Assembly (NCBI GenBank): GCA_020029475.1
Contig: JAIBJG010000020.1
Location: forward strand, 18,114-42,113
DNA: 24,000 nucleotides
Direction: 5' to 3'
DNA from: Methanobacteriota archaeon
GTDB lineage: Archaea > Thermoplasmatota > Thermoplasmata > RBG-16-68-12
Below, in pieces: positions 10,701 through 16,787 of the stretch. The position numbers and the translations under genes were made by a program. How positions within the stretch are numbered: position 1 is the first letter of the stretch; each line of letters begins with the position of its first letter. The notes under the pieces are model-generated. The model was not told the DNA's origin, ran no database searches, and saw only the letters and a program-made list of their open reading frames with translations.

Positions 10701-11232
10701 CCGGACTGAACTTCGTTCGCGTGAAGTTCCCGTTCGAGTCGAATCGGGGTCCGGCGTCCTCCACCGGGACCTGCGTGCGGGCGAAGGCAACCGTCTCGTT
10801 CGGGTGAAGGAGGTTCGCGTCGTCGACGACAAGCACCTGGAGGCTCGCATCGCGATCGGGCATCTTCGTGAGGCACACGTTCACCGCCGGGAGGTCCCGG
10901 CTGCCGTCGAACCGGAACGCGCCGATCTCCCTCGAATAGTATCCGTCACGGGTGAATCGAAGGAGGAACGTACCGGGCGAGGGCGAGAACTCGTAGTAGC
11001 CGTCGCCGAGGGTCGTCTGCCCCTCCGGCCCGCGGATGCCCTGTGCGTCGACGAGGCTGACCGCGACGGTGGCCAGGAACTTCGGCGGGTTCGCGCCGCA
11101 CTCCTGGACGAACCCGAAGACGATGTGGTCCTGGGCCGCGGCGGTCCAAGAGGGCAGCGCGGCGAGCCCCCCGACGAGGACCGTGAGCATCGCCAGAATC
11201 GCGCCTATTCTCGTGTACAGAGCCTTGTTCAT
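7741..11232 (-). CDS. Large secreted, C-terminally membrane-anchored surface (S-layer-like) glycoprotein candidate
   Basis: From ATG 11232 the sequence MNKALYTRIGAILAMLTVLVGGLAALPSWTAAAQ reads as a signal peptide. I counted about 40 N-x-S/T sequons by hand. There are repeated beta-rich modules resembling carboxypeptidase-regulatory/PKD-like domains (e.g. SLVDAQG…TTLGDGYYEF…RFTRDGYY; ANFTWHF; LSYTWHF). A C-terminal TM helix (WVIPLAIILFIALVIGVAFAA) is followed by a Lys/Glu-rich tail, RRKEKKEKKEKKKLEDKDE…KGKKRL. Confidence 0.8.
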   Translation of the reverse strand: MNKALYTRIGAILAMLTVLVGGLAALPSWTAAAQDHIVFGFVQECGANPPKFLATVAVSLVDAQGIRGPEGQTTLGDGYYEFSPSPGTFLLRFTRDGYYSREIGAFRFDGSRDLPAVNVCLTKMPDRDASLQVLVVDDANLLHPNETVAFARTQVPVEDAGPRFDSNGNFTRTKFSPVWTTDYEVRYRGTFLNPSVDYTWSNFFDGTLQILNPTVAASLASTHQFLNVTYWYASTTSRLSSYPVIPGSAIVFKDGVLWGVSGQNWTLDESTGGVRILNDFLFGTNTLTVTYRSAGALADATVNLLDQGQNQVVSTSATNGTGFATFPIWRGVLEVQVSKDEYHPVTLLVDTATTNFTRVVLTRGIIIVGHAFRSDNFRRIDQGVVGFLYNVDRTWPAFRKVIEAQVVASLYTFYAEPGQTYRMVVDANGYKAATRTITTPLNPPYAGNPVDSFLAVSEKEVYRSTVSYAETNWSRMAVSRNLTLRSDSTLPALKLAEIRSLDLQIDYHFGLPNGTANGVRDAGENASFVAWLGTRSPYYVTTNDFLTTNGAIHNWSVPPPTWSVNYFAEGGRAIWINRSASYRLRATTPLANSAPTYFVNVTTPNDVNESVYQDQVIVVDFPRGYEMTDKKVTGTITTSLWTVVTLDPGLSASGATSEIEMTVRKSINGTARAAVAGPIGKFHVLSDTDKNYTAIVAEDTNITFSAEQSIDPVGNIRDANFTWHFTNNTNRARIGYNITSTFNYTAAILAAEGHEFTVNLTVVEAGGNRTYRDIKIFVDDTPPVARLRTNRTVGDWTGKNLQVDEDSPIKFYGDSSSDVAWSTAPPWLNNHTASIPSYQTKPTPNFVILDPSRDWIVTTSLVEGKNYSFNASSSSDNYDSNRNLSYTWHFPGPVNCTPACDSKGNISSQKGYNAITSTWGWNVTVWWREFNVSYNVTVNVTDTGFLGRPPNYANLTSGIAVAVDLAKHPDLKYIAASLKIEPGQPEEGQLINVSFMIENGANRANATDVHVVLEAKDPNGVNVLNNTSPQWLDVNWNPITDRRVNTGARVRLIFLISFPAQGNKSLEIKVYDGKEPYTWVDSQNRITGSVFVKLAGWVIPLAIILFIALVIGVAFAARTYSRYRSGELVFRRKEKKEKKEKKKLEDKDEAAEPEEDNKGKKRL

Positions 11233-11308
11233 GGTCCCACGTCTCGCAGGGAGTTCTGCCGTCCACCTCCCGGCGCACCGCCGGAAGCATCGCGCCAAAA
11301 GGATGTGG

Positions 11309-11318
11309 GTATTTAAGG
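11309..11318. promoter_or_regulatory. Putative TATA-like box (GTATTTAAGG) between the divergent surface-protein and permease genes
   Basis: This is the only AT-rich element in the intergenic region. It abuts ATG 11319 and lies downstream of the minus-strand track start at 11298. That argues against both track starts and for ATG 11385 (+) and ATG 11232 (-). Confidence 0.35.
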
Positions 11319-11384
11319 ATGCGTCCGGAGAACGTCCTAAGGACGGGGCTCGAACTCCGCGATGATTCCCGCGCCGAAAGTTCC

Positions 11385-12677
11385 ATGGAGGGAACGCGGT
11401 GTCCGGGCCCCGTGGAGTACGCCTTCGTCGCGGGCGCCGCGGTGTTCGTCCTCACATATGTGCTGATCTCCGCCCGGAAGGTCGGCGTCCTCAAGATCGA
11501 GCGCCCTGCCGCGGCGATGCTCGGGGCCGCGCTGATGATCGTCCTCGGCGTCGTCGGCCCGCTCGAGGCAATCCAGGCGATCAACCTCGACGTGATCGTC
11601 CTCCTCCTCGGGATGATGCTCCTCGTGGCGGGGCTGGACGCGTGCGGGTTCTTCGTCACCGTCTCCGAGTTCATCGCGCGCCGGGCCCGGACCCAGGTCG
11701 AGCTCCTCGCGGCCCTCATGGTCGCGGCGGCGGTCCTCAGCGCCCTCGTCCTGAACGACACGATCGCCCTCCTGATGACCCCAATCGTCGTGCGGGCGTG
11801 CCAGGCGATGAGGCTCGACCCCGTCCCGTTCCTCGTCGGGGAGGGGATCGCCGTGAACGTCGGGAGCGTCGCGACGGAGATCGGGAACCCGCAGAACGCG
11901 TACATCGGGATCCGTAGCGGCATCCCGTTCGTCGAGTACGCCGCCGTGATGACTCCGATTACCGCCGCGTGCCTCGCAATCGCGATCGTGGGCGTGACCC
12001 TGGCGTTCCGAGGGCGTCTCGGGAAACCGATCCCCGCCCGCCCTCCCCAGGCGGACGTGGCGAAGCTCCACCGCCCCGGGCTCGCGTTCACCCTCGCGGT
12101 CCTCCTCGGGTCCGTCGTCGCGTTCTTCCTCAGCGCTCCGACGTGGCTCCCCGCGATCGCCCTCGCGGGCGGGAGCTTCGTCCTGTTCGGCCTCCCCATC
12201 GTGAACCGGAACGCCTCCGGCCGCGCCCTTATCGGGTCCGTGGACTGGTCCATCCTCCTGTTCTTTGTCGGCCTCTTCGTCGTGATCGCGGGGGTCGAGC
12301 GGTCCGGGGTGCGGGCGTCGATCCAGGACACGTTCACGTTCGTCAGCGGGGGGAGCACCGGCGGCGTGTGGTGGCTCTCCGGCCTCTCCGCGGTCCTCTC
12401 GAACCTCGTGTCGAACGTCCCCGCGGTCCTCCTCCTGGAGCCCGTCGTGCGCGGAGCCCCGCTAGCGCAGCAGCGAACCCTGTGGCTCGCCCTCGCCGCG
12501 AGCTCGACCCTGGCGGGGAACGCAACGATCCTCGGGGCGGCGGCGAATGTGATCGTCGTCCAGGCCGCCGCCCGCCGGGGGGTGGAGGTCACGTTCCGGG
12601 ACTGGGTCCGCGCCGGGCTCCCAGTGACGATCGCGACCCTCGTCCTCGCGACTGCGGTCCTCGCGGCCCTCCCGTGA
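11385..12677 (+). CDS. ArsB/NhaD (citrate-transporter-like) family permease
   Basis: The protein is polytopic and highly hydrophobic. LDVIVLLLGMMLLVAGLDACGFF and SNVPAVLLL…ASSTLAGNATILGAAANVIV are typical of the ArsB/NhaD ion transporter superfamily. The start was moved from 11319 to ATG 11385 because of the TATA position, and it remains uncertain. Confidence 0.78.
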   Translation: MEGTRCPGPVEYAFVAGAAVFVLTYVLISARKVGVLKIERPAAAMLGAALMIVLGVVGPLEAIQAINLDVIVLLLGMMLLVAGLDACGFFVTVSEFIARRARTQVELLAALMVAAAVLSALVLNDTIALLMTPIVVRACQAMRLDPVPFLVGEGIAVNVGSVATEIGNPQNAYIGIRSGIPFVEYAAVMTPITAACLAIAIVGVTLAFRGRLGKPIPARPPQADVAKLHRPGLAFTLAVLLGSVVAFFLSAPTWLPAIALAGGSFVLFGLPIVNRNASGRALIGSVDWSILLFFVGLFVVIAGVERSGVRASIQDTFTFVSGGSTGGVWWLSGLSAVLSNLVSNVPAVLLLEPVVRGAPLAQQRTLWLALAASSTLAGNATILGAAANVIVVQAAARRGVEVTFRDWVRAGLPVTIATLVLATAVLAALP

Positions 12678-12690
12678 CGAGCGTTCAAGT

Positions 12691-13371
12691 ATGCGCGGGG
12701 CCGTGCCATCCCCGATGGGTGCGGATTTCGAGAAGGAACGTCACAGGCTGGTCAAGAGGCTGGAGGAATGGGGATACGTGAAATCTCCTTCCGTGCGGGC
12801 GGCGTTCCTGAACGTCCCTCGGGAGCGGTTCGTCCCGGACGACCTGCGGGCGTCCGCGTACGACGACGCGCCCCTCCCGATAGGCCACGGCCAGACGATC
12901 TCCGCCCCGTCGATGATCGCAATCATGCTCGAGGAGGCGGACCTAGGGCCGGGGGAAAACGTCCTCGAGATCGGGACGGGCTGCGGGTACCACGCGGCCC
13001 TCCTCGCGGAGATCGTGGGCCCGGACCGCGTCGTCTCCGTGGAGCGGATCCCCGCCCTCGCGGACCTCGCCCGCGCGAACCTCGCGGCGTGCGGGTACCG
13101 GGTGGAGGTCGTCGTCGGGGACGGGACGTTGGGGTACCCGCCCCGCGCACCCTACGACTGCGTGATCGCGACCGCGGGCGCCCCGCGAATCCCGAACGCC
13201 TGGAAGGAACAGACCCGGGTCGGGGGGCGGATCGTCGCGCCCGTGGGGAAGTCCCGGATGAACCAGGTCCTCGTCACCGCGCGCCGGGTGTCCGAATCGA
13301 AGTGGGAGGTCCGCGAGGGGACGGCGTGCGCATTCGTCCCGATGATCGGTGCGGAGGGCTGGAAGGCCTAG
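12691..13371 (+). CDS. pcm: Protein-L-isoaspartate O-methyltransferase
   Basis: …VPRERFVPDDL…YDDAPLPIGHGQTISAPSMIAIMLE…VLEIGTGCGYHAALLAEIVG… contains the PIMT signature and the SAM-binding GxGxG. An alternative ATG at 12715 lies about 27 nt downstream of TTCAAGTAT, so the mRNA may be leaderless. Confidence 0.9.
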   Translation: MRGAVPSPMGADFEKERHRLVKRLEEWGYVKSPSVRAAFLNVPRERFVPDDLRASAYDDAPLPIGHGQTISAPSMIAIMLEEADLGPGENVLEIGTGCGYHAALLAEIVGPDRVVSVERIPALADLARANLAACGYRVEVVVGDGTLGYPPRAPYDCVIATAGAPRIPNAWKEQTRVGGRIVAPVGKSRMNQVLVTARRVSESKWEVREGTACAFVPMIGAEGWKA

Positions 13372-13374
13372 GTC

Positions 13375-13758
13375 TCAGGGGGCCGGCGGGGAGTGGCTCC
13401 ATGCTTCCTCGGGGAGCTCCCGGTACACGGGTTCATCCCGGTCCGTCTCCGCCTCCCCCTCGCCGACGATCCGGTCGATGTCCCCCTCGTTCAACTCCCA
13501 GTAGAAGATCCTCCAGTTCCTCCCGCTCAGCAGGAGGACGGTCTCCCACGAGGATCGGAGAATCCCCGCGTCGTGGAGCGCGTAGAACAGCTTGCGGTCC
13601 TCCGGGAGGATCGCGTTGTCGATGATGAAGTTCTCGAACCCGAAGTAATCCATCACGCGGGCGGCCATCGCGTACGCCTCGTCGTGGGGCAGCCCCAGCC
13701 GCTTCTCGATCGCCTTCGCCAGCTTCTCCACCGTGACCGCCATCGGTTGGTCCCGCAC
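13375..13758 (-). CDS. Hypothetical protein (127 aa; GTG 13758 or ATG 13743)
   Basis: Third-position G/C usage is consistent. The plausible globular sequence MAVTVEKLAKAIEKRLGLPHDEAYAMAARVMDYFGFENFIIDNAILPEDRKLFYALHDAGIL… has an acidic C-terminal tail. I recognise no motif. The TATA-like ATCTTAATAC (minus strand, 13794-13785) lies upstream. Confidence 0.6.
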   Translation of the reverse strand: MRDQPMAVTVEKLAKAIEKRLGLPHDEAYAMAARVMDYFGFENFIIDNAILPEDRKLFYALHDAGILRSSWETVLLLSGRNWRIFYWELNEGDIDRIVGEGEAETDRDEPVYRELPEEAWSHSPPAP

Positions 13759-13940
13759 TCCTGAGGTAGATTCCCCGCTCGGACGTATTAAGATTTCACC
13801 ATAATTAGCAATTCAACTGGGGGCGGGAACCGGCTGCCCTCTCCGTCCCGCAACCCTCGAGAACATCCCCGCTTATCACCCGTGACTCTGGCGGGCGACC
13901 CTTTAAGTATCGTCCCCGGCGATTCAATCGCGGGAGCCTC

Positions 13941-14114
13941 GTGAAGCGGAAGAGCGGGAAGGCGATGCTCGACATCGACGAGAAGGTGAAGGTCGTCCAC
14001 TTCAACGTGGGCTCCGGGTACGTCTCGTACCTCGAGGAGGACGAGCGCGGCGGGAAGCCCCGGGTCCACGGGATCCTCCTGGACAAGGGGAAGGACTCGA
14101 AGAAGAGGGTGTAG
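13941..14114 (+). CDS. Unlisted small ORF (57 codons from GTG 13941; 49 from ATG 13965)
   Basis: My translation is (V/M)KRKSGKAMLDIDEKVKVVHFNVGSGYVSYLEEDERGGKPRVHGILLDKGKDSKKRV*. Every sense codon I read ends in G or C, matching the genome's coding bias. The TATA-like CTTTAAGTAT (13901-13910) lies about 35 nt upstream. The ORF is below the track's length cutoff. Confidence 0.45.
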   Translation: MKRKSGKAMLDIDEKVKVVHFNVGSGYVSYLEEDERGGKPRVHGILLDKGKDSKKRV

Positions 14115-14152
14115 GGCCAGCCCTTATTAGCAGGGCGGGACTCGTGTTCTCC

Positions 14153-14554
14153 ATGGAGCCGGACGAGGACGGAGACGATTTCGAACTCCCGCAGCCGCCG
14201 GCGCCCCCAGGTCCTCCCCCAAAGGCAGAGCTCAAGATCCGGGACGCCTCCGTCCGCCGCCGCGGGAAGGCGTGCGTCGTGTGCGGGCGGGCGAAGCCCG
14301 CGTACATCGAGGTCGAGATCGACGGCGTCGCGGAGTACACGTGCCGGGACTGCTACGAGCTCCAGTCCCAGGGCCTCTCCGGCGAGGTCACCCAGTTCTG
14401 CACGAAGTGCGGCACCGCCCTCCTGAAGGGGGACAACTTCTGCGGCCGCTGCGGCACCCCCGCGTCCCTGCGGTGCCCGAAGTGCGGCGCCCGCCCCGAG
14501 GAGGAGGACGCCTTCTGCGGGAAGTGCGGGGCCGCCCTACGCCCGCCTCCGTAG
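14153..14554 (+). CDS. Double zinc-ribbon protein with an acidic/Pro-rich N-terminus
   Basis: Four CxxC pairs are arranged as zinc ribbons: CVVCGR…CRDCY; FCTKCGTAL…FCGRCGTP; RCPKCGA…FCGKCGAAL. ATG 14153 lies about 27 nt downstream of CCCTTATTAGC (14121-14131). The track start GTG 14144 is also possible. The 3' end overlaps the convergent JAB gene by 18 nt. Confidence 0.7.
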   Translation: MEPDEDGDDFELPQPPAPPGPPPKAELKIRDASVRRRGKACVVCGRAKPAYIEVEIDGVAEYTCRDCYELQSQGLSGEVTQFCTKCGTALLKGDNFCGRCGTPASLRCPKCGARPEEEDAFCGKCGAALRPPP

Positions 14555-15514
14555 GACCGTCGCCCGCTTCGGGGCCCGGTACACCTTCTTCGGCAGCGGG
14601 GTCGTCTCGTGGACGCTGAGGGACCCGAGGTTCGCTTCGAACCGCTCCACCCCCGCGAGGTCCACGGCGCTCGCGTCGAACCCCCGCCACAGGAGGAAGA
14701 GGACGTCGTCGAGGATCTCGTTCCGGGTCGCGAGGAGCACCTCGTCCTCGTCCGACCCCGCGACGAACACCGTGGGATCGAGGCGTAGGGAGAGCTCGAC
14801 CCGGTGGGCGTCGTCGTCCCTTTGGATCACCAGACGGTTCCGGATCGCACCCGCCCCGAGGCCGTCGAGCTCCACGGTCCCCCGCCCCACGCTCGCGGAC
14901 CGGACCGCGCGATCGAGGTCCGCGGACACCTTCTTCTCCAGGGCCGCGACGACCCCGGCGGCGTTCGCCTCCGAGACCTTCAGGGAGAACGACGGCGCCA
15001 CGGAGGTCGTGTACCGCTTCAAATGGCCAGCCATGGAGAGGGTCTCCACGATTGCGGGCGTCACGGGGGCGGGGAACCCGTCACGCAGCACGAAGCATTC
15101 CGCGGAACGGCCGTCGGTAACGACGGAGACGAAGTTCTCCCGCCGTGACGCGCGGCTCGTCAGGGTCGCGTCGTCCGTCGCGCTGTGGAAGATCGCGTGG
15201 CGGGTGTCGTCCTTGAACGGGTGGGAGTGGTACAGCCCGACGATCCCGACGTTCCTCGGGTACCGCATCACGATCTCCGCCTCCTCCATGGGGTCCGCGA
15301 TCGCCCCGTACCGGCTCTGGTGCTTGTACCGGGTGGCGGGATGGGCGTCGAGGACGTACGGCTCGCCCCCGACGTAGAATCCGAGGAGCCAGCCGATCGC
15401 CTCCCGGCCCGAGCTCCGGGCGACGTTCCCTGCATGTTGGAGTAACGCCCGCCACGCGGTCCGCAGGATGTGGGCCGGGCCGTTCATCGGCCTCTCCGCC
15501 CGCACGTGCCGCAT
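14537..15514 (-). CDS. JAB/MPN (JAMM) metalloprotease with an approximately 170-aa uncharacterised C-terminal domain
   Basis: The N-terminal domain has the JAMM elements: Glu in SSGREAIGWLLG, then GLYHSHPFKDDTRHAIFHSATD (HxH … SxxD, with a longer-than-canonical spacer). The C-terminal half, from about TLSMAGHLKRY to …VLRRRA, contains no motif I recognise. Two ATGs are possible. The one at 15487 forms an ATGA overlap with the E1 stop codon, suggesting translational coupling. Confidence 0.8.
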   Translation of the reverse strand: MRHVRAERPMNGPAHILRTAWRALLQHAGNVARSSGREAIGWLLGFYVGGEPYVLDAHPATRYKHQSRYGAIADPMEEAEIVMRYPRNVGIVGLYHSHPFKDDTRHAIFHSATDDATLTSRASRRENFVSVVTDGRSAECFVLRDGFPAPVTPAIVETLSMAGHLKRYTTSVAPSFSLKVSEANAAGVVAALEKKVSADLDRAVRSASVGRGTVELDGLGAGAIRNRLVIQRDDDAHRVELSLRLDPTVFVAGSDEDEVLLATRNEILDDVLFLLWRGFDASAVDLAGVERFEANLGSLSVHETTPLPKKVYRAPKRATVLRRRA

Positions 15515-16245
15515 TTCGGGTCACGCTTCCAGTCCACCCGCTCGAGCCGGCCCTCGAGGCCGAAGTACATGAGGTACGGCGCGACGCTCCCGAACCCGAG
15601 GAGCACCTTCAGCGCCTCCTGGCACTGGAGGCTCGAGACGACTGCCATCGTCGTGGGCAGGGAGGTGAAGTGGCACGCCCCGCCGTCCTCCCGCCGGGCG
15701 GGCCGCATCGCGGACCCGTCTTTCAGGGCGGGACGGTTGCACCGGTAGCACGCGGTCTTCCCGGGGATCACGACGTGGACGCTCCCGTTCACGCCGTCCT
15801 CGGAGGCCCCTCCGTCGATGAACGGGACCCGGGCCGCGACGGACCTCGCGTTCAGGAACAGGCGCACCGCGAAGGAGTCCACGCACCCGAGGAGGAGGTC
15901 GCTCTCCGGGATCTCCTCCCGAAGGGCCTCCAGGCCCTTTCCGTCCGTCACGTCGAACGCGTACGACGTGACCCGGACGTCCGGGTTCGCCGCGCGGAGG
16001 TGGTCCCGGATCGCCTCGACCTTCTTCTCCCCGACCTGGTCCGTCCGGTACACGAGGCGGTTCAGGTTCGCCTCCTCGACCGTGTCGTAGTCGAACAGGG
16101 CGAGCTCCCCGACCCCGAGGCGGGCGAGGATCTCCGCGCTCAGGGCTCCGAGGCCGCCGACCCCGACGATCGCGACCCGCTTCCCCCCGAGCTTCGAGAG
16201 GTCCGCGTGGCCGAACAGTCGGAGGCGGGCGTACCGCCCCGTCAC
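15484..16245 (-). CDS. E1-like Ubl-activating enzyme (ThiF/MoeB fold), UBA5-like minimal adenylation domain
   Basis: It carries the nucleotide-binding motif KRVAIVGVGGLGALSAEILARLGVGELALFDYDTVEEANLNRL. Zinc-site CxxC pairs are present (CYRC, CGTC). The candidate catalytic Cys lies in GGACHFTSLPTTM. I set the start at GTG 16245, which overlaps the E2 stop codon (GTGA), giving 253 aa. The track's extension to 16674 overlaps the E2 gene out of frame and looks like non-protein low-complexity sequence. Confidence 0.85.
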   Translation of the reverse strand: MTGRYARLRLFGHADLSKLGGKRVAIVGVGGLGALSAEILARLGVGELALFDYDTVEEANLNRLVYRTDQVGEKKVEAIRDHLRAANPDVRVTSYAFDVTDGKGLEALREEIPESDLLLGCVDSFAVRLFLNARSVAARVPFIDGGASEDGVNGSVHVVIPGKTACYRCNRPALKDGSAMRPARREDGGACHFTSLPTTMAVVSSLQCQEALKVLLGFGSVAPYLMYFGLEGRLERVDWKRDPKCGTCGRRGR

Positions 16246-16745
16246 ATCCAGCCCTTTCCCTTCATGTCCGCGACGACGCTCTGGAGCCAGTAGCTCACCT
16301 CCCGCTTCAGGTACAGGGCGATGGAGGAGTGGTCGTCCCACCAGTAGTTCCTCTCCATGTGCATGTCGCAGATCCGGAGGCCGAGGCTCGGGTCGTCCAC
16401 CTTCCGGTCCGTGTAGTGCATCAGCTCCGGGATCCGGCACGCGGGCGGCACCTGCGGGTACGCGTCCTTCAGGACGAGCTCGATGTCCCACGATCGGCCC
16501 CCGTGGACGACCTTCCCCGTCCATCGGGTCTTCTTCGGGCTCGTCGGGCGGATCGCGAACCACTCGTTCTTCTCGAGGAACCTCAGGTACTCCTCGAACC
16601 GTTCGAGGGCGTACACCTCCTCCGCGGCGCGGTCCTTCCACGCCGGCTCCTTCGGGGACGCGACCGTCGCGCACTGGAGGAAGTAGAAGAGATCGTCGTC
16701 CGTCTTCAGGTGGGCCTCGCCGTAATCCCGGATCCGGAGGGGCAT
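16242..16745 (-). CDS. E2-like Ubl-conjugating enzyme candidate, UFC1-like (non-canonical, no HPN motif)
   Basis: At 167 aa it is the same length as human UFC1. By eye it shares with my remembered UFC1 sequence NEWF (UFC1 NDWF), TRWTGK (TRWFGK), YPQVPPACRIPEL (YPTTAPEIAVPEL) and LRICDMH (KICLTDH). That places Cys126 opposite the UFC1 catalytic Cys. The operon position between a Ubl and an E1 supports the call. Confidence 0.7.
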   Translation of the reverse strand: MPLRIRDYGEAHLKTDDDLFYFLQCATVASPKEPAWKDRAAEEVYALERFEEYLRFLEKNEWFAIRPTSPKKTRWTGKVVHGGRSWDIELVLKDAYPQVPPACRIPELMHYTDRKVDDPSLGLRICDMHMERNYWWDDHSSIALYLKREVSYWLQSVVADMKGKGWM

Positions 16746-16770
16746 CCGGGTGCAGCGTAGGCGGGCCGGT

Positions 16771-16780
16771 GGCTTAAACC
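16771..16780 (-). promoter_or_regulatory. Possible internal TATA-like box (minus strand GGTTTAAGCC) upstream of the E2 gene
   Basis: It lies in the 42-nt Ubl-E2 spacer, with its centre about 31 nt upstream of ATG 16745. That is the same geometry as the other putative leaderless promoters in this window. Confidence 0.3.
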
Positions 16781-16787
16781 GTGAGGC

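Noticed and set aside
8971-12709. ORFs 8971..11316 (+) at 781 aa and 10946..12709 (-) at 587 aa
   Set aside because: They are shadow ORFs opposite the surface-protein and permease genes. They have no hydrophobic or domain patterns and an extreme Arg/Pro/Ala bias.
13759-13940. Possible tRNA or ncRNA in the 182-bp intergenic region, for example the GCGATTCAATCGC mini-hairpin at about 13919-13931 and the GC-rich stems around 13820-13850
   Set aside because: There is no T-loop (GTTCGAATC-like) or cloverleaf arrangement. Short GC stems are expected by chance at this GC content. The AT-rich parts are better explained as divergent promoter elements.
16246-16674. The N-terminal approximately 140 aa of the track ORF 15484..16674 (E1)
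   Set aside because: This segment overlaps the whole 3' half of the E2 gene out of frame and reads as Arg/Gly/Pro/Glu low complexity. The conserved E1 fold begins just after GTG 16245, which forms a GTGA overlap with the E2 stop.
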